Below are positions 37,901-49,100 of a stretch of DNA of 64,000 nt, piece by piece. The first letter of the stretch is position 1, and each line of letters begins with the position of its first letter. Position numbers and translations under genes: made by a program. Origin of the DNA: Eledone cirrhosa (Eukaryota); assembly GCA_964016885.1 (NCBI GenBank), contig OZ024743.1, positions 138,384,001-138,448,000 on the forward strand, written 5' to 3'. The notes beneath the pieces are model-generated. The model ran no database searches. It saw only the letters and a list, made by a program, of their open reading frames with translations, and was not told the origin of the DNA.

Positions 37901-39414
37901 GTGTTTGGTGCTTGGTGTTTGGTGTTTGGTGCTTGGTGTTTGGTTTTTGGTGCTTGGTGCTTGGTGCTTGGTGTTTGGTGTTTGGTGCTTGGTGCTTGGT
38001 GCTTGGTGTTTGGTGCTTGGTGCTTGGTGTTTGGTGCTGGGTGCTTGGTGTTTGGTGCTTGGTGCTTGGTGCTTGGTGTTTGGTGCTGGGTGCTTGGTGT
38101 TTGGTGTTCGGTGTTATATGCTTGGTGTTTGATGCTTGGTGCTTGGTGCTTGTTGTTTGGTGTTTGGTGCTTGGTGTTTGATGCTTGGTGTTTGATGCTT
38201 GGTGCTTGGTGCTTGGTGTTTGGTGCTTGGTGCTTGGTGTTTGTACTTGGTGCTTGGTTCTTTGTGTTTGGTGCTTGGTGCTTGGTGCTTGGTGCTTTGT
38301 GTTTGGTGCTTGGTGTTTGGTGCTTGGTGTTTGGTGCTTGGTGCCTGGTGCTTGGTGCTTGGTGCTTGGTGTTTGGTGCTTGGTGTTTGGTGCTTGGTGT
38401 TAGGTGTTTGGTGCTTGGTGCTTGGTGTTTGGTGTTTGGTGCTTGTTGTTTGGTGCTTGGTGCTTGGTGTTTGGTGTTTGGTGCTTGGTGTTTAGTGCTT
38501 GGTACTTGGTGCTTGGTGTCAGGTGTTTGGTGCTTGGTGCTTGGTGTTTGGTTTTTGGTGCTTGGTGCTTGGTGTTTGGTGTTTGGTGCTTGCTGCTGGC
38601 TGCTTGGTGCTTGGTGATTGGTGCTTGGTGTTTGGTGCTTGGTGTTTGGTGTTTGGTGTTTGGTGCTTGGTGCTTGGTGTTTGGTGCTTGGTGCTGGGTG
38701 GTTGGTGTTTGGTGCTTGGTGTTTGGTGCTGGGTGCTTGGTGTTTGGTGCTTGGTGCTTGGTCTTTGGTGCTTGGTGGTTGGTGTTTGGTGCTTGCTGCT
38801 TGGTGTTTGGTTCTTGGTGCTTGGTGTTTGGTGCTTGGTGCTTAGTGTTTGGTGCTAGGTGCTTGGGGTTTGGTGTTTGGTGCTTGGTGTTTGGTGCTTG
38901 GTGCTTGGTATTTGGTGTTTGCTGTTTACTGTTTGGTGTTTGTTGTTTGGTGTTTGTTGTTTGGTGTTTGTTGTTTGGTGTTTGTTGTTTGGTGTTTGCT
39001 GTTTGGTGTTTGGTGTTTGTTGTTTGGTGTTTGCTGTTTGGTGTCTGCTATTTGGTGTTTGGTGTTTGCTGTATGTTGTTTGCTGTTTGGTGTTTGGTGT
39101 TTGGTATTTGGTGTTTGGTGCTTGGTGCTTGGTGTTTGGTGCTTGGTGCTTGGTGTTTGGTGCCTGGTGCTTGGTGCTTGGTGTTTGGTGTTTGGTGCTT
39201 GGTGCTTGGTGCTTGGAGTTTGGTGTTTGGTGCTTGTTGCTTGGTGTTTTGTGTTTGGTGTTTGGTTTTTGGTGCTTGGTGCTTGGTGCTTGGTCCTTGG
39301 TGTTTGGTGCTGGGTGCTTTGTGTTTGGTGCTTGGTGCTTCGTGCTTGGTGTTTGGTGTTTGCTGCTTGGTGTTTGGTGCTTGGTGCTTGGTGCTTGGTG
39401 TTTTGTGTTTGGTG

Positions 39415-40100
39415 CTTGGTGTTTGGTACTTGGTGCTTGCTGCTTGGTGCTTGGTGTTTGGTGCTTGGTGTTTGGTGCTTGGTGCTTGGTGTTTGGTGCT
39501 TGGTGTTTGGTGTTTGGTGCTTGGTGTTTGGTGTTTGGTGTTTGGTGTTTGCTGTTTGCTGTTTGGTGTCTGCTTTTTGGTGTTTGGTGTTTGCTGTATG
39601 GTGTTTGCTGTTTCGTGTTTGGTGTTTGCTGTTTGGTGTTTGGTCTTTGGTGCTTGGTGTTTGGTGCTTGGTGCTTGGTGTTTGGTGTTTGGTGCTTGGT
39701 GCTTGGTGTTTGGTGTTTGGTGCTTGGTGCTTGGTGTTTGGTGTTTGTACTTGGTGCTTGGTGCTTGGTGTTTGGTTCTTGGTTCTTGGTGTTTGGTACT
39801 TGGTGCTTGCTGCTTGGTGCTTGGTGTTTGGTGCTTGGTGTTTGGTGCTTGGTGCTTGGTGTTTGGTGCTTGGTGTTTGGTGTTTGGTGCTTGGTGTTTG
39901 GTGTTTGGTGTTTGGTGTTTGCTGTTTGCTGTTTGGTGTCTGCTTTTTGGTGTTTGGTGTTTGCTGTATGGTGTTTGCTGTTTCGTGTTTGGTGTTTGCT
40001 GTTTGGTGTTTGGTCTTTGGTGCTTGGTGTTTGGTGCTTGGTGCTTGGTGTTTGGTGTTTGGTGCTTGGTGCTTGGTGTTTGGTGTTTGGTGCTTGGTGC
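39415..40100 (+). repeat. Local ~370-bp tandem duplication
   Basis: GTTTGGTACTTGGTGCTTGCTGC at 39421 and 39791, each followed by the same GTCTGCTTTTT / GTATGG / TTCGTG / GGTCTTT markers. 370 = 53x7-1 (includes one TTGTAC). Confidence 0.85.
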
Positions 40101-43100
40101 TTGGTGCTTGGTGTTTGGTGTTTGGTGCTTGGTGTCTGGTGCTTGGTGTTTGGTACTTGGTGTTTGGTGTCTGGTGTTTGGTGCTTGGTGCTTGGTGTTT
40201 GGTGTTTGGTGCTTGGTGTTTGGTGTTTGGTGTTTGGTGCTTGTTGCTTGGTGCTTGGTGTTTGGTGCTTGGTGCTTGGTGTTTGGTGTTATATGCTTGG
40301 TGTTTGATGCTTGGTGCTTGGTATTTGGTGTTTGATGCTTGGTGCTTGATGCTTGGTGCTTGGTGCTTGGTGTTTGGTGCTTGGTGCTTGGTGTTTGTAC
40401 TTGTTGCTTGGTGCTTGATGCTTGGTGATTGGTGTTTGGTGCTTGGTTCTTGGTGTTTGGTGCTTGGTGTTTGGTGCTTGGTGCTTGGTGTTTGGTGCTT
40501 GGTGCTTGGTGTTTGGTGTTTGGTGCTTGGTGCTTGGTTCTTGGTGTTTGGTGCTTGGTGCTTGGTGCTTGGTGTTTGGTGCTTGGTGCTTGGTGTTTGG
40601 TGCTTGGTGTTTGGTGCTTGGTGTTTGGTGCTTGGTGCTTGGTGCTTGGTGCATGTTGCTTGGTGTTTGGTGCTTGGTGTTTGGTGCTTGGTGTTAGGTG
40701 TTTGGTGCTTAGTGCTTGGTGTTTGGTGTTTGGTGCTTGGTGTTTGGTGCTTGGTGCTTGGTGTTTGGCGCTTGGTGCATGGTGTTTGGTGCCTGGTGCT
40801 TGGTGCTTGGTGTTTGGTGTTTGGTGCTTGGTGCTTGGTGCTTGGAGTTTGGTGTTTGGTGCTTGTTGCTTGGTGTTTTGTGTTTGGTTTTTGGTGCTTG
40901 GTGCTTGGTGCTTGGTCCTTGGTGTTTGGTGCTGGGTGCTTTGTGTTTGGTGCTTGGTGCTTTGTGCTTGGTGTTTGGTGTTTGCTGCTTGGTGTTTGGT
41001 GGTTGGTTCTTGATGCTTGGTGTTTTGTGTTTGGTGCTTGGTGCTTGGTGTTTGGTGCTTGGTGCTTGGTGCTAGGTGTTTGTACTTGGTGCTTGGTGTT
41101 TGGTTCTTGGTTCTTGGTGTTTGGTACTTGGTGCTTGGTGCTTGGTGCTTGGTGTTTGGTGCTTGGTGCTTGGTGTTTGGTGTTTGCTGTTTGATGTTTG
41201 CTGTTTGCTGTTTGCTGTTTGGTGTTTGCTGTTTGCTGTTTGGTGTCTGCTTTTTGGTGTTTGGTGTTTGCTGTATGGTGTTTGCTGTTTGGTGTCTGGT
41301 GTTTGCTGTTTGGTGTTTGGTCTTTGGTGCTTGGTGTTTGGTGCTTGGTGCTTGGTGTTTGGTGTTTGGTGCTTGGTGCTTGGTGTTTGGTGTTTGGTGC
41401 TTGGTGCTTGGTGTTTGGTGTTTGGTGCTTGGTGTCAGGTGCTTGGTGTTTGGTGTTTGCTGTATGTTGTTTGCTGTTTGGTGTTTGGTGTTTGGTATTT
41501 GGTGTTTGGTGCTTGGTGCTTGGTGTTTGGTGCTTGGTGCTTGGTGTTTGGTGCTTGGTGCTTGGTGTTTGGTGCCTGGTGCTTGGTGCTTGTTGTTTGG
41601 TGTTTGGTGCTTGGTGCTTGGTGCTTGGAGTTTGGTGTTTGGTGCTTGTTGCTTGGTGTTTTGTGTTTGGTGTTTGGTTTTTGGTGCTTGGTGCTTGGTG
41701 CTTGGTCCTTGGTGTTTTGGTGCTGGGTGCTTTGTGTTTGGTGCTTGGTGCTTGGTGCTTGGTGTTTGGTGTTTGCTGCTTGGTGTTTGGTGCTTGGTGC
41801 TTGGTGCTTGGTGTTTTGTGTTTGGTGCTTGGTGCTTGGTGTTTGTACTTGGTGCTTGGTGCTTGGTGTTTGGTTCTTGGTTCTTGGTGTTTGGTACTTG
41901 GTGCTTGCTGCTTGGTGCTTGGTGTTTGGTGCTTGGTGTTTGGTGCTTGGTGCTTGGTGTTTGGTGCTTGGTGTTTGGTGTTTGGTGCTTGGTGCTTGGT
42001 GTTTGGTGTTTGGTGTTTGCTGTTTGCTGTTTGCTGTTTGGTGTCTGCTTTTTGGTGTTTGGTGTTTGCTGTATGGTGTTTGCTGTTTCGTGTTTGGTGT
42101 TTGCTGTTTGGTGTTTGGTCTTTGGTGCTTGGTGTTTGGTGCTTGGTGCTTGGTGTTTGGTGTTTGGTGCTTGGTGCTTGGTGTTTGGTGTTTGGTGCTT
42201 GGTGCTTGGTGCTTGGTATTTGGTGTTTGGTGCTTGGTGTCTGGTGCTTGGTGTTTGGTGCTTGGTGTTTGGTGTTTGGTGTTTGGTGCTTGGTGCTTGG
42301 TATTTGGTGTTTGGTGCTTGGTGTCTGGTGCTTGGTGTTTGGTGCTTGGTGTTTGGTGTTTGGTTTTTGGTGCTTGGTGCTTGGTGTTTGGTGTTTGGTG
42401 TTTGGTGTTTGGTGTTTGCTGTTTGGTGTCTGCTTTTTGGTGTTTGGTGTTTGCTGTATGGTGTTTGCTGTTTCGTGTTTGGTGTTTGCTGTTTGGTGTT
42501 TGGTGTTTGCTGTTTGGTGTTTGGTCTTTGGTGCTTGGTGTTTGGTGCTTGGTGTCTGGTGTTTGGTGCTTGGTGCTTGGTGTTTGGTATTTGGTGCTTG
42601 GTGCTTGGTGCTTGGTGTTTGGTGTTTGGTGCTTGGTGCTTGGTGCTTGGTGTTTGGTGCTTGGTGCTTGGTGTTTGGTGCTGGGTGCTTGGTGTTTGGT
42701 GCTTGGTGCTTGGTGCTTGGTGTTTGGTGCTGGGTGCTTGGTGTTTGGTGTTTGGTGTTATATGCTTGGTGTTTGATGCTTGGTGCTTGGTGCTTGTTGT
42801 TTGGTGTTTGGTGCTTGGTGTTTGATGCTTGGTGTTTGATGCTTGGTGCTTGGTGCTTGGTGTTTGGTGCTTGGTGCTTGGTGTTTGTACTTGGTGCTTG
42901 GTGCTTGGTTCTTTGTGTTTGGTGCTTGGTGCTTGGTGCTTGGTGCTTTGTGTTTGGTGCTTGGTGTTTGGTGCTTGGTGTTTGGTGCTTGGTGCCTGGT
43001 GCTTGGTGCTTGGTGCTTGGTGTTTGGTGCTTGGTGTTTGGTGCTTGGTGTTAGGTGTTTGGTGCTTGGTGCTTGGTGTTTGGTGTTTGGTGCTTGGTGT

Positions 43101-46100
43101 TTGGTGCTTGGTGCTTGGTGTTTGGTGTTTGGTGCTTGGTGTTTGGTGCTTGGTACTTGGTGCTTGGTGCTTGGTGTTAGGTGTTTGGTGCTTGGTGTTT
43201 GGTTTTTGGTGCTTGGTGCTTGGTGTTTGGTGTTTGGTGCTTGCTGCTGGCTGCTTGGTGCTTGGTGATTGGGGCTTGGTGTTTGGTGCTTGGTGTTTGG
43301 TGTTTGGTGCTAGGTGCTTGGTGCTTGGTGTTTGGTGCTTTGTGCTTGGTGTTTGGTGTTTGGTGCTTGGTGCTTGGTGTTTGGTGCTTGGTGCTGGGTG
43401 GTTGGTGTTTGGTGCTTGGTGTTTGGTGCTGGGTGCTTGGTGTTTGGTGCTTGGTGCTTGGTCTTTGGTGCTTGGTGTTTGGTGTTTGGTGCTTGCTGCT
43501 TGGTGTTTGGTTCTTGGTGCTTGGTGTTTGGTGCTTGGTGCTTAGTGTTTGGTGCTAGGTGCTTGGGGTTTGGTGTTTGGTGCTTGGTGTTTGGTGCTTG
43601 GTGCTTGGTGTTTTGTGTTTGGTGTTTGGTGCTTGGTGCTTGGTATTTGGTGTTTGCTGTTTACTGTTTGGTGTTTGTTGTTTGGTGTTTGTTGTTTGGT
43701 GTTTGTTGTTTGGTGTTTGTTGTTTGGTGTTTGCTGTTTGGTGTTTGGTGTTTGTTGTTTGGTGTTTGCTGTTTGGTGTCTGCTTTTTGGTGTTTGGTGT
43801 TTGCTGTATGTTGTTTGCTGTTTGGTGTTTGGTGTTTGGTATTTGGTGTTTGGTGCTTGGTGCTTGGTGTTTGGTGCTTGGTGCTTGGTGTTTGGTGCCT
43901 GGTGCTTGGTGCTTGGTGTTTGGTGTTTGGTGCTTGGTGCTTGGTGCTTGGAGTTTGGTGTTTGGTGCTTGTTGCTTGGTGTTTTGTGTTTGGTGTTTGG
44001 TTTTTGGTGCTTGGTGCTTGGTGCTTGGTCCTTGGTGTTTGGTGCTGGGTGCTTTGTGTTTGGTGCTTGGTGCTTCGTGCTTGGTGTTTGGTGTTTGCTG
44101 CTTGGTGTTTGGTGCTTGGTGCTTGGTGCTTGGTGTTTTGTGTTTGGTGGTTGGTGCTTGGTGTTTGTACTTGGTGCTTGGTGCTTGGTGTTTGGTTCTT
44201 GGTTCTTGGTGTTTGGTACTTGGTGCTTGCTGCTTGGTGCTTGGTGTTTGGTGCTTGGTGTTTGGTGCTTGGTGCTTGGTGTTTGGTGCTTGGTGTTTGG
44301 TGTTTGGTGCTTGGTGCTTGGTGTTTGGTGTTTGGTGTTTGCTGTTTGCTGTTTGCTGTTTGGTGTCTGCTTTTTGGTGTTTGTTGTTTGCTGTATGGTG
44401 TTTGCTGTTTCGTGTTTGGTGTTTGCTGTTTGGTGTTTGGTCTTTGGTGCTTGGTGTTTGGTGCTTGGTGCTTGGTGTTTGGTGTTTGGTGCTTGGTGCT
44501 TGGTGTTTGGTGTTTGGTGCTTGGTGCTTGGTGCTTGGTATTTGGTGTTTGGTGCTTGGTGTCTGGGGCTTGGTGTTTGGTTCTTGGTGTTTGGTGTTTG
44601 GTGTTTGGTGCTTGGTGCTTGGTATTTGGTGTTTGGTGCTTGGTGTCTGGTGCTTGGTGTTTGGTGCTTGGTGTTTGGTGTTTGGTGTTTGGTGCTTGGT
44701 GCTTGGTGTTTGGTGTTTGGTGTTAGGTGTTTGGTGTTTGCTGTTTGGTGTCTGCTTTTTGGTGTCTGGTGTTTGCTGTATGGTGTTTGCTGTTTCGTGT
44801 TTGGTGTTTGCTGTTTGGTGTTTGGTGTTTGCTGTTTGGTGTTTGGTGTTTGGTGATTGGTGCTTGGTGTTTGGTGTTATATGCTTGGTGTTTGATGCTT
44901 GGTGCTTGCTGCTTGGTGTTTGGTGTTTGGTGCTTGGTGTTTGATGCTTGGTGCTTGGTGCTTGGTGTTTGGTGCTTGGTGCTTGGTGTTTGTACTTGGT
45001 GCTTGGTGCTTGGTTCTTGGTGTTTGGTGCTTGGTGCTTGGTGCTTGGTGTTTGGTGCTGGGTGCTTGGTGTTTGGTGCTTGGCGCTTGGTGCTTGGTAT
45101 TTGGTGTTTGGTGCTTGGTGTCTGGTGCTTGGTGTTTGGTGCTTGGTGTTTGGTGTTTGGTGTTTGGTGCTTGGTGCTTGGTGTTTGGTGTTTGGTGCTT
45201 GGTGTTTGGTGTTTGGTGTTTGGTGCTTGTTGCTTGGTGCTTGGTGCTTGGTGTTTGGTGCTTGGTGCTTGGTGTTTGGTGCTTGATGCTTGGTGCTTGC
45301 TGCTTGGTGTTTGGTGTTTGGTGCTTGGTGTTTCGTGCTTGCTACGTGGTGCTTGGTGCTTGGTGTTAGGTGTTTGGTGCTTGGTGCGTGGTGTTTGGTT
45401 TTTGGTGCTTGGTTCTTGGTGTTTGGTACTTGGTGCTTGCTGCTTGGTGTTTGGTGTTTGGTGCTTGCTGCTGGCTGCTTGGTGTTTGGTGCTTGGTGAT
45501 TGGTGCTTGGTGTTTGGTGCTTGGTGTTTGGTGTTTGGTGCTAGGTGCTTGGTGCTTGGTGTTTGTTGCTTGGTGCTTGGTGTTTGGTGTTTGGTGCTTT
45601 GTGCTTGGTGTTTGGTGCTTGGTGCTGGGTGGTTGGTGTTTGGTGCTTGGTGTTTGGTGCTGGGTGCTTGGTGTTTGGTGCTTGGTGCTTGGTGCTTGGT
45701 CTTTGGTGCTTGGTGTTTGGTGTTTGGTGCTTGGTGCTTGGTGCTTGGTGTTTGGTGCTTGGTGCTTGGCGTTTGGTGCTTGGTGCTTAGTGTTTGGTGC
45801 TAGGTGCTTGGGGTTTGGTGTTTGGTGCTTGGTGCTTGGTGTTTGGTGCTTGGTGCTTGGTGCTTGGTCTTTGGTGTTTGGTGTTTAGTGCTTGGTGCTT
45901 GGTGCTTGGTGTTTGGTGCTTGGTGCTTGGTGCATTGTGATTAGTGTTTGGTGCTTGGTGCTTGGGGTTTGGTGTTTGGTGCTTGGTGCTTGGTATTTGG
46001 TGCTTGGTACTTGGTGTTTGGTGCTTGGTGTTTGCTGTTTGCTGTTTGCTGTTTTTGGTGTTTGCTGTTTGGTGTCTGCTTTTTGGTGTTTGGTGTTTGC

Positions 46101-49100
46101 TCTATGGTGTTTGCTGTTTCCTGTTTGGTGTTTGCTGTTTGGTGTTTGGTGTTTGCTGTTTGGTGTTTGGTCTTTGGTGCTTGGTCTTTGGTGCTTGGTG
46201 TTTGGTGCTTGGTGCTTGGTGTTTGGTGTTTGGTGCTGGTGCCTGGTGCTTGTTGTTTGGTGATTGGTGCTTGGTGTTTGCTGTTTGGTGTTTGGTGTTT
46301 GGTGTTTGCTGTTTGGTGTTTGGTGCTTGGTGCTTGGTGCTTGGTGTTTGGTGCTTGGTGCTTGGTGTTTGGTGCTTGGTGCTTGGTGTTTGGTGCTTGG
46401 TGCCTGGTGCTTGTTGTTTGGTGATTGGTGCTTGGTGTTTGCTGTTTGGTGTTTGGTGTTTGGTGTTTGCTGTTTGGTGTTTGGTGCTTGGTGTTTGATG
46501 CTTGGTGCTTGGTGCTTGGTGTTTGGTGTTTGGTGTTTGCTGTTTGCTGTTTGGTGCTTGGTGCTTGGTGCTTGGTGTTTGGTGCTTGGTGTTTGGTGCT
46601 TGGTGCTTGATGGTTGGTGTTTGTACTTGGTGCTTGGTGCTTGGTGTTTTGTGCTTGATTCTTGGTGTTTGGTGCTAGGTGTTTGCTGCTTAGTGCTTGG
46701 TGTTTGGTGTTTGGTGCTTGGTGTTTGGTGCTTGGTGCTTGGTGCTTGGTGTTAGGTATTTGGTGCTTGGTGTTTGGTGTTTGGTGCTTCATGCTTGGTG
46801 CTTGGTGTTTGGTCTTTGGTGCTTGGTCTTTGGTGCTTGGTGTTTGGTGATTGGTGCTTAGTGTTTGGTGTTTGGTGCTTGGTGCCTGGTGCTTGTTGTT
46901 TGGTGATTGGTGCTTGGTGTTTGCTGTTTGGTGTTTGGTGTTTGGTGTTTGCTGTTTTGTGTTTGGTGCTTGGTGCTTGGTGCTTGGTGTTTGGTGCTTG
47001 GTGCTTGGTGTTTGGTGCTTGGTGCTTGATGCTTGGTGTTTCGTGCTTGATTCTTGGTGTTTGGTGCTTGGTGTTTGGTGCTTAGTGCTTGGTGTTTGGT
47101 GTTTGGTGCTTGGTGTTTGGTGCTTGGTGCTTGGTGCTTGGTGTTAGGTGTTTGGTGCTTGGTGTTTGGTGCTTGGTGCTTGGTGCTTGGTGTTAGGTGT
47201 TAGGTGTTTGGTGATTGGTGCTTGGTGTTTGGTGCTTGGTGCTTGATGTTTGGTGCTTGGTGCTTGGTGTTTGGTGCTTGGTGTTTGGTGCTTGGTACTT
47301 GGGGCTTAGTGTTTGGTGCTTGGTGCTTGGTGCTTGGTGCTTGGTGTTTGGTGTTTGGTGCTTGGTGTTTGGTGCTTGGTGCTTGGTGCTGGGTGGTTGG
47401 TGTTTGGTGCTTGGTGCTTGGTGTTTGGTGCTTGGTGCTTGGTGTTTGGTGCTTGGCGCTTGGTGCTTGGTCTTTGGTGCTTGGTGATTAGTGTTTGGTG
47501 CTTGGTGCTTGGGGTTTGGTGTTTGGTGCTTGGTGATTGGTGTTTGGTGCTTGGTGTTTGGTGCTTGGTGTTTGGTTTTTGCTGTTTGGTGTTTGGTGTT
47601 TGCTGTTTGCTGTTTGCTGTTTGGTGTCTGCTTTTTGGTGTTTGGTGTTTGCTGTATCGTGTTTGCTGTTTCGTGTTTATTGTTTGCTGTTTGGTGTTTG
47701 GTGTTTGGTGTTTGGTGTTTCCTGTTTGGTGTTTAGTCTTTGGTGCTTGGTGTTTGGTGCTTGGTGCTTGGTGTTTGGTGTTTGGTGCTTGGTGCTTGGT
47801 GTTTGGTGCTTGGTGCTTGTTGTTTGGTGATTGGTGCTTGGTGCTTGGTGTTTGCTGTTTGGTGCTTGGGGCTTGGTGTTTGGTGCTGCGTGCTTGGTGC
47901 TTGGTGCTTGGTGTTTGGTGTTTGATGATTGGTGTTTGGTGTTTGGTGTTTGGTGCTTGGTGCTTGGTGTTTGGTGTTTGATGCTTCCTGCTTGATGCTT
48001 GGTGCTTGGTGCTTGGTGTTTGGTGCTTGGTGCTTGGTGTTTGGTGCTTGGTACTTTGTGTTTGGTTCTTGGTGTTTGCTGTTTGCTGTTTGGTGTTTGG
48101 TGTTTGCTGTTTGCTGTTTGGTGTCTGCTTTTTGGTGTTTGGTGTTTGCTCTATGGTGTTTGCTGTTTCATGTTTGGTGTTTGCTGTTTGGTGTTTGGTG
48201 TTTGCTGTTTGGTGTTTGGTCTTTGGTGCTTGGTCTTTGGTGCTTGGTGTTTGGTGCTTGGTGCTTGGTGTTTGGTGTTTGGTGCTTGGCGCCTGGTGCT
48301 TGTTGTTTGGTGATTGGTGCTTGGTGTTTGCTGTTTGGTGTTTGGTGTTTGGTGTTTGCTGTTTGGTGTTTGGTGATTGGTGCTTGGTGCTTGGTGTTTG
48401 GTGCTTGGTGCTTGGTGTTTGGTGCTTGGTGCCTGGTGCTTGTTGTTTGGTGATTGGTGCTTGGTGTTTGCTGTTTGGTGTTTGGTGTTTGGTGTTTGGT
48501 GCTGGGTGCTTGGTGTTTGGTGTTTGATGCTTGGTGTTTGATGCTTGGTGCTTGGTGCTTGGTGCTTGGTGTTTGGTGTTTGCTGTTTGCTGTTTCGTGT
48601 TTGGTGCTTGGTGCTTGGTGCTTGGTGTTTGGTGCTTGGTGTTTGGTGCTTGGTGCTTGATGGTTGGTGTTTGTACTTGGTGCTTGGTGCTTGGTGTTTT
48701 GTGCTTGATTCTTGGTGTTTGGTGCTAGGTGTTTGCTGCTTAGTGCTTGGTGTTTGGTGTTTGGTACTTGGTGTTAGGTATTTGGTGCTTGGTGTTTGGT
48801 GTTTGGTGCTTCATGCTTGGTGCTTGGTGTTTGGTGCTTGGTGCTTGGTGTTTGGTGCTTGGTGCCTGGTGCATGGTGTTTGGTGCTTGATGCTTGGTGT
48901 TTGGTGTTTGGTGCTTGGTGTTTGGTGCTTGGTGCTTGGTGCTTGGTGTTAGGTGTTAGGTGTTTGATGCTTGGTGTTTGCTGTTTGGTGTTTGTTGTTT
49001 GCTGTTTGGTGTTTGGTCTTTGGTGCTTGGTCTTTGGTGCTTGGTGTTTGGTGCTTGGTGCTTGGTGTTTGGTGTTTGGTGCTTGGTGCCTGGTGCTTGT

